From NCBI GenBank assembly GCA_964503955.1, contig CAZDCG010000001.1, forward strand, positions 2,962 to 66,961: a DNA stretch of 64,000 nt, written 5' to 3'. The notes below the pieces were generated by a model. It ran no database searches. It was not told the origin of the DNA and saw nothing but the letters and a program-made list of their open reading frames with translations. Source of the stretch: an uncultured Gammaproteobacteria bacterium (GTDB lineage Bacteria > Patescibacteriota > Patescibacteriia > VMEV01 > CAYQCH01). This document shows positions 36,118 through 44,472 of this stretch, one piece after another; positions within the stretch are counted from its first letter, which is position 1, and the number at the start of each line of letters is the position of its first letter. A program made the position numbers and the translations under genes.

Positions 36118-37401
36118 CTACTCAACAGGTTCTGGCGTTTGCAAAGCAGGTTCCTGGGCTTCTGTTTCGCTTTCAGGGGTTTCTTCCATAATCTCGCTTG
36201 CCGGATCTTCAGGCGATTCCTCTGTTTCCGTGACATCAAGAGATTCTTCCGGTTCCTGATTTGTCTCCATAGGAACGGATTGTCCTGCGCTTACCTGCCG
36301 CTTCAATGCGTCAATTTCAAGCACGTATGCGTCTAAAAGGCCTTTAACCTCGGCGATTTTTTCTAATGCGGCGCCAAACTGCTCGAGCACAAGAAGCTCT
36401 TCAATATAAGCAATTCCCCCCGCGATGAGATCTTCTTTTGACTCAACGGCCGGTTCATCGGCTTGCTCCGAAGTTTCTGCGCTTGACAGTTCGCTCGTTC
36501 CCTCAGCCGGAGTTTTCGCATCGGTTTCCTCCTCTGTTACATGCAAAAGGATAGCCTGCAAGGCATTTTCCTGAATGGTTTTTTGCGCCTGCAACCGGGT
36601 GAATCGATCCTTCATAAGCGCCAGCTGGGATTCAACGCTCTCTTTCAGTGATTCTTTCTCTACTTTTTCATTGCCGTTTTCATGTGTCTGAACAAGGATA
36701 TTCAGTGCGCCAAGCGCGACTTCCTGCACGGAGCTTAACGCGCGCATGAGATCATCGCCATTGTGCAGTTCATCAGCTTCAAGAAGCTCAACGGAATGCG
36801 CGAGGTTTGCCTTATACTCTTTTGTCTGCTGCTCAATGGCTTTGGCAAGCTGCACGATTTCCGGATTTTTTACATCAGCCTGCTCTTTGCTGACCACCGC
36901 CAGTGTTTCTTTTACCTGAGTGGTATTTTTTTCAAGTTCCGCCAAAGCCAGAACAAGCTTTTGTTCACGCTCAGGGCTTGGCGCGTGTTCCTGGGCAATG
37001 CGCTGCAATTCATTAAGACGATTGGCCACATGAGAGATCTGCACCTCCGCGCGGCGTGTTTCTGAAAAACTGAAACGAAGCTGGAATTCTTCAAAATTGC
37101 GCTTTACGGAATAGAGAGCGTCTCCAGGCAATGAAGCTCGAGCCGCGCTGACGGTAGCAAGGCTTGGACCGGCAATAACGGCAACCACAATCGCCGCGAT
37201 GCCAATAGGCTTAACGGAAAACGCCGCGAACGATTGTTTGGCGAGCACGAAAAAAGCTTTCCCCTTTGCAAAAGAAACGCCTTCTGAAACAGACAGATCC
37301 TGCCGCAAAGAATGCAGCATGTCTGCCTTGATGGTTTCATCAAGCTGTACCTTTCTTAAAGAAGAAAGCTGCTGTTTAATTGTGTGAGGCAATTTTTTCA
37401 T
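36118..37401 (-). CDS. Putative anti-sigma factor (single-pass membrane protein, extracytoplasmic coiled-coil domain, acidic C-tail)
   Basis: Immediately downstream of and overlapping the ECF sigma gene by 26 nt. A single TM (IGIAAIVVAVIAGP) and DUF5667-like helical region. The start is set at MKKLPHT (37401). Confidence 0.5.
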   Translation of the reverse strand: MKKLPHTIKQQLSSLRKVQLDETIKADMLHSLRQDLSVSEGVSFAKGKAFFVLAKQSFAAFSVKPIGIAAIVVAVIAGPSLATVSAARASLPGDALYSVKRNFEEFQLRFSFSETRRAEVQISHVANRLNELQRIAQEHAPSPEREQKLVLALAELEKNTTQVKETLAVVSKEQADVKNPEIVQLAKAIEQQTKEYKANLAHSVELLEADELHNGDDLMRALSSVQEVALGALNILVQTHENGNEKVEKESLKESVESQLALMKDRFTRLQAQKTIQENALQAILLHVTEEETDAKTPAEGTSELSSAETSEQADEPAVESKEDLIAGGIAYIEELLVLEQFGAALEKIAEVKGLLDAYVLEIDALKRQVSAGQSVPMETNQEPEESLDVTETEESPEDPASEIMEETPESETEAQEPALQTPEPVE

Positions 37402-37942
37402 ACTCGCGCTTGAGCGCATGGTTGGCACGGTGCAAAAGCACGCGCGCGGCAACCGGAGTTTTATCGATCACGGATGCGATCTCTTTCAAGCTGAGTTCTT
37501 CCACATGGCGGAGAAGCAAAACTTCTTGATACGACTGCTTCAGCCGCTTGATCACTTGGAGAATGAACTGCGCGTCTTCCTGGATGGAAAACCGTTCGCG
37601 CAGATCAGCCGGTTCGGAAAGTTCGCCCGCCTGTTCAAGATCCACCTGAGGCATTTTCGCTTTTGACCGGTAATGGTCAATGACCAGGTTGCGCGCTGTC
37701 ACAAAGAGGAAAGGCCGGATACGTTCGATGGTGACGTTGGGATCACGCAATTGTTTCCAAATCCGGAGAAAGACTTCCGCCGTGAGATCCTGCGCGAGTT
37801 CCTTGTCATTTACCTTGAAGTAAATGAATCGGAAGATTTTATCGGCAAAATGCTCGTATAATTCGGCAAAAGCCCCCTGGTCGGCGAACTGCCTTATGCG
37901 GATAATCAGAAGTTGTTCTTGCAACGTATGCACAGGCTTCAT
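37376..37942 (-). CDS. ECF-family RNA polymerase sigma factor (sigma-70 regions 2 and 4)
   Basis: Region 2 FAELYEHFADKIFRFIYFKV...AQDLTAEVFLRIW. Region 4 YQEVLLLRHVEELSLKEIASVIDKTPVAARVLLHRANHALK. Confidence 0.9.
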   Translation of the reverse strand: MKPVHTLQEQLLIIRIRQFADQGAFAELYEHFADKIFRFIYFKVNDKELAQDLTAEVFLRIWKQLRDPNVTIERIRPFLFVTARNLVIDHYRSKAKMPQVDLEQAGELSEPADLRERFSIQEDAQFILQVIKRLKQSYQEVLLLRHVEELSLKEIASVIDKTPVAARVLLHRANHALKREYEKIASHN

Positions 37943-38119
37943 CTAATAAGACGCAAGGCGCACAAAGATGTTACACCCCTGTCCTAGAGTAAAAACAGCG
38001 CCCATTTTACAGGCGCGCGGCAGAATAATTGTGCGTGAAAATATACCATAAAGGCTGGAAATGTTCCAGCCCTTGTCAAAAGATGATTTATATGGCAAAA
38101 CTTGCTTTTTTATACGTGA

Positions 38120-39199
38120 TTATCCGTTTTGCTCCTGTGGCAAAACAACTTCAATGCTGATTGGCACCCCTTGCCGGACAAGGCCTAATTCCACGGAATC
38201 TCCCGGTTTGCGGGAGAGCAGCAAGTCTGAAAGCGTTGCTTTATGATTAAGAACCGTGCTGTCTACGCTGACAATCACATCGTCAAGCCTCAGGCCGGCT
38301 TGAAACAAGGGACCGCGCAAGTTCATGGACCCGCGGCTTGGATCATTCACGGCATTGGTAATCCAGGCTCCGCTCGTCGGGAGTGAGCGCAGCTGGCCTT
38401 CAACCGCGGAATGAGCCAGATCTATATACTGCAACCCAAGCACCGGGTAAACAATGCTGCCTTCGCGCAAGAGACCGTCAAAAGACGATCGCAAATGTTC
38501 GACGGGAACAATTCGGTCAATGCCTGATCCTACGCCGTTTTCAATGACCATTCCCGTGAGCTCCGCCTTTCCATTGTACACGCGCGCTCCTGAAAGCGGG
38601 TAGCGAACCGCGGGAAATCGATTTTTTTCATCGGCAGAAAGGTACAATTGATCTTTGAGGCGCTCGCCAAGATATGTTGCCGGCTCAACGGTTCCCCTGT
38701 AATCAGCAATAAGCAACTGATCCAGCGGTTCCGCCGCAAACGCGGATGCGAGCGTCACAGGAGTCAAAATCTCGCTGTCAATTTCAAAATAGGAAAGTCC
38801 CGTAGCGGGATCCGGTACATTGCGTTCAATAGAAAGCAACCTGCCGGACGAAAGCCGGACATGCGTTGACACCGGTTCCTCTGAAGAAACAGCAACGATC
38901 CAGCCGTCATTTGTGAGGACCACTCCCTCCCCTGTTTTCTGCAAAATGCCTGATACCAGCGAATAGATTTCCACAAAACCGGATGCCTCGCGTTCCAAAA
39001 TGGTCAATGCCGCTTCCCTTCGCGAAGCGTCCTGATTCGTTGAAGACCTGATAATGAAATTCTGCGGGGCAAGGCCGGCTTGCGAGCCAATGCTGTCAAT
39101 AATGAGCTGGCCGATAAACGCGGCAAGAAAAGAGGCGATAATAACCAAAACAACCAGGAGGATTTTTGATTGGAACACAATGGTTTTTTTTCGCAGCAT
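38120..39199 (-). CDS. HtrA-like (S1C trypsin-fold) protein with C-terminal PDZ domain; catalytic triad apparently degenerate
   Basis: N-terminal TM. A region aligning to the HtrA His-box reads LTNDGWIVAV (no His). No GNSGGP Ser motif was found. The PDZ is clear (GAWITNAVNDPSRGS...GLRLDDVIVSVDSTVL...). The start is set at MLRKK. Confidence 0.5.
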   Translation of the reverse strand: MLRKKTIVFQSKILLVVLVIIASFLAAFIGQLIIDSIGSQAGLAPQNFIIRSSTNQDASRREAALTILEREASGFVEIYSLVSGILQKTGEGVVLTNDGWIVAVSSEEPVSTHVRLSSGRLLSIERNVPDPATGLSYFEIDSEILTPVTLASAFAAEPLDQLLIADYRGTVEPATYLGERLKDQLYLSADEKNRFPAVRYPLSGARVYNGKAELTGMVIENGVGSGIDRIVPVEHLRSSFDGLLREGSIVYPVLGLQYIDLAHSAVEGQLRSLPTSGAWITNAVNDPSRGSMNLRGPLFQAGLRLDDVIVSVDSTVLNHKATLSDLLLSRKPGDSVELGLVRQGVPISIEVVLPQEQNG

Positions 39200-39206
39200 A
39201 AAGGAG

Positions 39207-40001
39207 TTAGCGGACAAATAACACAAGGACAAGGCCTATCGTCGCGCCCAGACCTGAGAAAACGACATACGGAACCTTTATGATCTCATCCTGCTTGCGC
39301 GACAATACCTGCGTCATGATGCCAAACCAGGAGTAAAAGAAAAGCGACGTAAGCAGACCATACAGGAAAAAGTGCGTGGGAAGCAAATGAAGGACGAGAA
39401 TCAGCTGGCCGTGAAGAATCGTTCCAAAGAGCGCGTAGAGGATGCTTTCTCGAATTGAAATTTGCTGGAGGAGAAAATAGTCAATCTGCAGCCAAAGAAC
39501 CAATGTGCAAAAGGAGGTATACACAAGCCACGCGGGCCATTGCACCAGGATTTGAAAGCCGATCAGAAACGCCGCCAAGAGAAAGAGTGCCACGACATAT
39601 AAAAACCGCGCGATTCTTGGCAGCGAATATGCCTGATAAGCGAATGGCCGCTGCAAGAACAGGTAGAGGTTTTCAAGCCACATCCAGGTAAGGACTGGAA
39701 GCAGGATCATGAGCAGGAGCAGAACAAGCGGCTGATCCGAATACAGAAAAATGCCATAACCGGAAAACCAGAGAGTCGCCAGAAGCGGAAAAAAACGCAA
39801 ACGCGAGCGCAGCGGATGGCCATGTCCTAAAAAGAGCATGCCCATGAGCAGAAGCACCAGATAACCGCCAATCGCCGCGGCAAAGAACGATGCCCCGGCC
39901 TCCCGCACAAGATCGAAGATACTCGTTCGTGAAATCAGAAAAAGCAGGAAAAAACCGGCTCCTGAAAGCAGAAACGATGTATATCGAAGCAGGAGATACA
40001 T
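39207..40001 (-). CDS. Hypothetical multi-pass membrane protein (~8 TM)
   Basis: Hydrophobicity only. Confidence 0.45.
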   Translation of the reverse strand: MYLLLRYTSFLLSGAGFFLLFLISRTSIFDLVREAGASFFAAAIGGYLVLLLMGMLFLGHGHPLRSRLRFFPLLATLWFSGYGIFLYSDQPLVLLLLMILLPVLTWMWLENLYLFLQRPFAYQAYSLPRIARFLYVVALFLLAAFLIGFQILVQWPAWLVYTSFCTLVLWLQIDYFLLQQISIRESILYALFGTILHGQLILVLHLLPTHFFLYGLLTSLFFYSWFGIMTQVLSRKQDEIIKVPYVVFSGLGATIGLVLVLFVR

Positions 40002-40021
40002 GAGAAGCGCTTAACGCGCGG

Positions 40022-41134
40022 TTATTTTAGCATAGCTTTTCTCTTCTGTTCTAGCGATCTTTCAACAAAGGCATTGATCTGACGCTTGAATTCGCTGGTT
40101 TGAAAGGTTTGCGCATGCTCATGCAGATGCCGCGGGTCGAATCTATCGGCCTGAAAACGGATGACCAGGTCCGCCAACTCCTCCCAGCGCTGCTCATGGA
40201 AGAAAAGCCCGGTTTCCCCTTCTTTAACGGTCTCAAGCGCGCCGCCAGCCGCATAGGCTAGCACGGGGGTGCCAGAAGCCATGGCTTCAATGATGGTAAT
40301 GCCGAAATCCTCGATCTGGGGATTCACGAAAGCCGCGGCTCCTCGATACAGCTTGCCTCGTTCTTCATCGGAAACATAGCCAAGCAGCTCGATATGCGGC
40401 CTGGCAAGGGCTTGCAGGCGCTTTCGTTCAGGTCCGTCTCCAAAAATTTTGAGCGGGATTCCAAGCCGGTTGAACGCGCGGATGATCAGGTCGAAACGTT
40501 TATACGGCACCAGTCTTCCGCCGGCAAGAAAGTATTCGCCCCCGGGTTTGCTTTTCTGCGAGAACAACGTCAAATCAACGGGAGGATAAATGACCTCGCT
40601 TTTGGCTCGATAAAATTTTTCGATCCGCTGTTGAACGGTCGCGGAATTGGCAATGAAGGAATCCACCCGGTCAGCGGCAAGCCTGTCCCATTGCCGCAAT
40701 TTGGAAAGCATCAATGGGAGCATTTTTTTCACGGGACCAGGATAGCCAAGTTCTCTGATGTAAGAATGCGTGTCGGTCCACAAATACCTCGTCGGAGAAT
40801 GGCAGTAGCAAATATGAGCGGCATCGGTTCGTGTCAATACGCCTTTTGCAAATGCCGAGCTGCTTGAAAGGACAACGTCATATTCCGTTAAATCATATGA
40901 CTCGGTGGCGACCGGCATAAGCGGCAAATACCATTGATATCGTTTCAAGCTGAATGGCATTTTCTGCAGAAATGATGTTCTGATATCGCGGCGCAGAAAA
41001 ACAGGATTTGCACGCTGCCGGTCATAAAGCAGCGTAAATGTGGGCGCCTCAGGATACAATTCCTGTAGAACCGCCAGCACTTTTTCAGCTCCTCCGTCCT
41101 GAACAAGATGATCATGCACAAGCGCGATTTTCAT
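40022..41134 (-). CDS. Glycosyltransferase family 4
   Basis: GT4 C-terminal motif EDFGITIIEAMASGTPVLAYAAGGALETVKEGETGLFF. Confidence 0.88.
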   Translation of the reverse strand: MKIALVHDHLVQDGGAEKVLAVLQELYPEAPTFTLLYDRQRANPVFLRRDIRTSFLQKMPFSLKRYQWYLPLMPVATESYDLTEYDVVLSSSSAFAKGVLTRTDAAHICYCHSPTRYLWTDTHSYIRELGYPGPVKKMLPLMLSKLRQWDRLAADRVDSFIANSATVQQRIEKFYRAKSEVIYPPVDLTLFSQKSKPGGEYFLAGGRLVPYKRFDLIIRAFNRLGIPLKIFGDGPERKRLQALARPHIELLGYVSDEERGKLYRGAAAFVNPQIEDFGITIIEAMASGTPVLAYAAGGALETVKEGETGLFFHEQRWEELADLVIRFQADRFDPRHLHEHAQTFQTSEFKRQINAFVERSLEQKRKAMLK

Positions 41135-41140
41135 ACGGAC

Positions 41141-42562
41141 CTACCGATGCTTTTTCAGCAAGGCGAACGGTGTTTTCAATAGCAAAGAGATATCAAGACG
41201 CAGACTCCAGTTTTCAATGTAATAAGTATCAAGCCGTACCTCTTCTTCAAAATCAAGGTCGGAGCGGCCTGAAATCTGCGAAATGCCTGTTACCCCCGGC
41301 TTGATTGCCATGACGCGCTTATGATGCCTCTGGTATCGGGCCACCTCCCGCGGCTGGTGCGGACGAGGCCCCACAAGGCTCATATTGCCAAGCAGCACAT
41401 TGAAAAATTGCGGCAATTCATCAAGGCTTGTCTTTTCGATAAATGCCCCGACACGCGTATTGCGAGGATCATTGCTGATTTTATAGAGCGGTCCCTGTCT
41501 ATGGCTTTGCGTTTTGATCAGCTCGGATTCTTTTTCAGAAGCCTTCCCGTCGCGATCATAGGCATTGCCGGTATTGAATTCCTGTTTGAATCGTCGGAAT
41601 TTATACAGATAAAAAGACTTGCCGTTTTTGCCGACCCGCTCATTTTTGTAAATTACCGGTCCGCGGCTATCGAGCTTGATCGCAATGGCGATCACAAGCA
41701 TCACCGGCAAAGCAAGAAGCAGCAAAAGTGTCCCGGCAATCAGATCAAAGGTTCGTTTGTAAATTCTTCCCCATCCTTCCAGGCGCGTCTGGCGGATTTC
41801 AATCACGGGAATATCGCCGATGGTTGAGATATCCGCATTGGAAGCTTTCGTGTCGAATAAATCCGCCACATAATGAAAATCAAGATGATTCACCCGCGCG
41901 AAATCAAGCAGATCTTCAGACTCATCTCTGGCCAGCATGACCGATGATTGCAGCAGGATATCCGCCTGCAAAGACGGAAGCGTTTCCGCCAGACGCTCAA
42001 GGGTTTGTTCATCTACCTGCTTGATATGTTCGACAACGCGCAAACCGAATCGAGGCTGCACGCGCAGCAAATGCCTCAGCGTATCGGTTGTCCGGTCATT
42101 CCCGACCAGAATGACATTGCTTGCTCCGTATCCATATCGGTAGAGATAGTTGCGCACAACCAATACGACTCCCCGTTCAATTGCCACAAAAGCGATCGCA
42201 AAGACCGTTGCCGCAAGCACAATGAAGCGGCTATTGAACAATTCACCGCGCAAAAAGACCAGCACCGTAATCGCGGCAAAACCAATGAGCGATGAGATCA
42301 CAATATGCTTTAATTGTCGCAAATAGCTTCTGGCTTGTTTAAAGCCGTAGAGCCCCGAAGCGGCGAAAATCAACAGCCAGACAAAAACGACTGGATAAAC
42401 CGCCTCCATGTAACCGCGCAAAGGCAATTCAAAAAGCACGGGACGGTACTGCGTCACGATGGTTTCAAAACGCAAATAATAGGCTGCCATGGCGGCTCCC
42501 ATCAGCGTGAAGAAATCGAGCGGGATAAGCGCGACCGCGATCGCGAGATCAAATCGTTTCAT
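41141..42562 (-). CDS. Polyprenyl-phosphate sugar phosphotransferase (WbaP/EpsL-like priming glycosyltransferase, bacterial sugar transferase family)
   Basis: N-terminal 4-5 TM. The C-terminal Bac_transf domain includes RTFDLIAG...[22 protein letters not shown]...[22 protein letters not shown]. Confidence 0.9.
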   Translation of the reverse strand: MKRFDLAIAVALIPLDFFTLMGAAMAAYYLRFETIVTQYRPVLFELPLRGYMEAVYPVVFVWLLIFAASGLYGFKQARSYLRQLKHIVISSLIGFAAITVLVFLRGELFNSRFIVLAATVFAIAFVAIERGVVLVVRNYLYRYGYGASNVILVGNDRTTDTLRHLLRVQPRFGLRVVEHIKQVDEQTLERLAETLPSLQADILLQSSVMLARDESEDLLDFARVNHLDFHYVADLFDTKASNADISTIGDIPVIEIRQTRLEGWGRIYKRTFDLIAGTLLLLLALPVMLVIAIAIKLDSRGPVIYKNERVGKNGKSFYLYKFRRFKQEFNTGNAYDRDGKASEKESELIKTQSHRQGPLYKISNDPRNTRVGAFIEKTSLDELPQFFNVLLGNMSLVGPRPHQPREVARYQRHHKRVMAIKPGVTGISQISGRSDLDFEEEVRLDTYYIENWSLRLDISLLLKTPFALLKKHR

Positions 42563-42563
42563 A

Positions 42564-42597
42564 GAAAAAGACAGGCATGCTTATGACCATGACTGTC
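42564..42597 (-). terminator. Intrinsic terminator of rnpB (GACAGUCAUG-GUCAUAAG-CAUGCCUGUC + UUUUUC), U-tract abutting the AUG of the sugar transferase
   Basis: A 9/10-bp stem, then a U5 tract on the minus strand. The next three nucleotides are the ATG at 42560-42562. Confidence 0.6.
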
Positions 42598-42985
42598 TTC
42601 TTCTCAGACCGGATCATAAGCCGAATTCTGTTTCCGCTAAAAGCGGACGATAGCCATCTATCTGGGATGCCTGTTGCCAGACACCTCGAGCGCGCTACCA
42701 AATTTGCGCTTGCACCAGGCAGGGTTTACCGCAAACATCGCTCACGCGATGCCGACAGGCGTAGCATGGCAACTGACCGGCCTTTGGGGCCGATAAGATG
42801 ATGACATACATCGCCTGACTTTTCACCTTTCTCCAGCGAAAAGCCGGATAGTATTGTCTCTGTGGCACTTTCCCTATGACGCTGTCGCCAGCGCCACGAT
42901 TTCATTTCGAAATTGCCTTTGGCCTCCGTAAAACGAAGGGGTGTTCGGACTTTCCTCCCAAAACCGCGCAATCGGTTCAAGATAC
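42598..42985 (-). ncRNA. rnpB: RNase P RNA (bacterial; type-B-like elements)
   Basis: The minus-strand transcript contains GGGAGGAAAGUCCGAAC (the conserved AGGAAAGUCCGGGC element, with GG>AA). It also has GGGAAAGUGCCACAGAGA, GCGGUAAACCC...CAAAUUUGGUAG, AGAUAGAUG and ACAGAAUUCGGCUUA (the ACAGAACCCGGCUUA element, with CC>UU compensating the GG>AA change). Ends are +/-20 nt. The ORFs 42577..42801 and 42726..42980 are spurious. Confidence 0.8.
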
Positions 42986-43068
42986 AGCCGTATCATAGCA
43001 TTTTGACGCTGTCTGGGCTATGCGACTGCTATTGAACGGAATGCGCGGCTTTGGGCGGCTATCTCACC

Positions 43069-44133
43069 GGTCTGAGAAGCAAACTATATCACAAATTGAG
43101 AAAATAGTCAACAAATTGGGGTAATGTGCAAATACATATGGCGGTTTTTGCCCTAGACGGTAAAGTCTGGGTATATGGCAATAAATATGGCAAAAACCAT
43201 TAAAGAAGAACGTCTGCGCTGGGTACTCCCCATCGCCCACAAGCAGATCAAATTAGTAGATGCTGCCAAAGTATGTCCATACGGTAAGCGCAGTCTTGAG
43301 CGCTGGGTAGCAGCATACAAAATATCCGGGGAACGCGCTTTAGCGCCAAAATCTACGCAACCCAAACGATACAACAGAGAAACACCCATCGCGACAAAAG
43401 AACAAATCATCGCTTTAAGAAAGAAAACCGGTCTCTGCGCCCAAAAGCTCCACTGGAGATTGCAAAAAGAAGGTGTCCAGGTACCAGTCCGCACCATTGG
43501 AAAAATCATTAAGCAAGAAGGACTTGTGCGTAGCTATAGAAAAAAGAAAGTAAAGTACAAATATATCAAAGCTGTACGTCAGCCCGGAGAATTGTTGGAA
43601 ATAGACGTGAAACACGTTCCGGGCCCAATTAATGGCCGTAAATATTACCAGTATACTGCCATAGATACCGCAAGCAGGTGGAGACACTTGGAAGTCTTTG
43701 ACGAAGAGTCATCGTTTCACGCCATCAAATTTCTCAGCATCGTTATGCATCGTTTCCCATATCCAATCACCGCCATTAAGACAGATAATCACTCCACATT
43801 CACGAATTACTATACCGGTACCAACAAACGGTCAGATGTAACCGTCAAAACGATTCATGCTTTAGATCAGTTCTGTGTAGAGCACGGAATTACCCATTAC
43901 CTCATTGACCCGGGTAAACCGGCACAGAACGGAACTGTTGAAAGGTCACACAGGGAAGACAACAGGCATCTTTATGGTAGATCATTTAATACAGTCATGG
44001 GATTACGACGAGCTATGAGGGTATGGAATACTCATTATAATGACCTGGAACACTGTGGCTTAGAAGGGAAATCACCAAATCAATTCCTTGAAGAATATCA
44101 GTTAAGCAAACCGCCAAAAGTGTTTGCCTAAAA
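43069..44133 (+). mobile_element. IS481-family insertion sequence (boundaries approximate)
   Basis: A single DDE transposase ORF. Imperfect terminal IR candidates (GAAGCAAACTAT / rc AGGCAAACACTT). Imperfect ~20-nt direct repeats TTGGGCGGsTATmTCA at 43049 and 44134. Confidence 0.4.
43175..44131 (+). CDS. IS481-family DDE transposase (HTH + rve integrase core)
   Basis: An N-terminal HTH. The rve core has D (IDVKHV), D (TDNHSTF) and E (NGTVERSHRE) spacing. A typical IS481 Orf of 318 aa. Confidence 0.9.
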   Translation: MAINMAKTIKEERLRWVLPIAHKQIKLVDAAKVCPYGKRSLERWVAAYKISGERALAPKSTQPKRYNRETPIATKEQIIALRKKTGLCAQKLHWRLQKEGVQVPVRTIGKIIKQEGLVRSYRKKKVKYKYIKAVRQPGELLEIDVKHVPGPINGRKYYQYTAIDTASRWRHLEVFDEESSFHAIKFLSIVMHRFPYPITAIKTDNHSTFTNYYTGTNKRSDVTVKTIHALDQFCVEHGITHYLIDPGKPAQNGTVERSHREDNRHLYGRSFNTVMGLRRAMRVWNTHYNDLEHCGLEGKSPNQFLEEYQLSKPPKVFA

Positions 44134-44472
44134 CATTGGGCGGGTATATCAATTTTGAAGCGCAGAACTCGCTTGCAAGCGTACATCACGCCCCTTATCC
44201 TTGCCCTTCTTCTCATTCTTACGCTTCCCTTCACCAGCTAAAGGGTAAGTGTAAGGAGAAGGATTAGGCAGGCTATTACCCGAATGTTGGCCGCAGGTTC
44301 TTCCGGCATGAACATAATTCGTCGCAAGAGATGAGATCCCTCGGCTGGCGCTCGGGATGACGCTCTTGTCTTCCCCCCTGCCAAGGGGGTACGGGATCAA
44401 GCATCGAGAAGGACTGAGGGGGGCCTGTTCTAGACGCATCAGCTACACTTGCTTGTTGAACCTAGCTGGCGA

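Noticed and set aside
42577-42980. ORFs 42577..42801 (+) and 42726..42980 (-)
   Set aside because: They lie inside the RNase P RNA gene, where conserved rnpB sequence blocks explain the region.
43159-44158. GGGTATAT direct repeat as IS481 target-site duplication
   Set aside because: The left copy lies only 5 nt before the transposase ATG, leaving no room for a left terminal IR. The imperfect 20-nt repeats further out (43049 / 44134) are better candidates.
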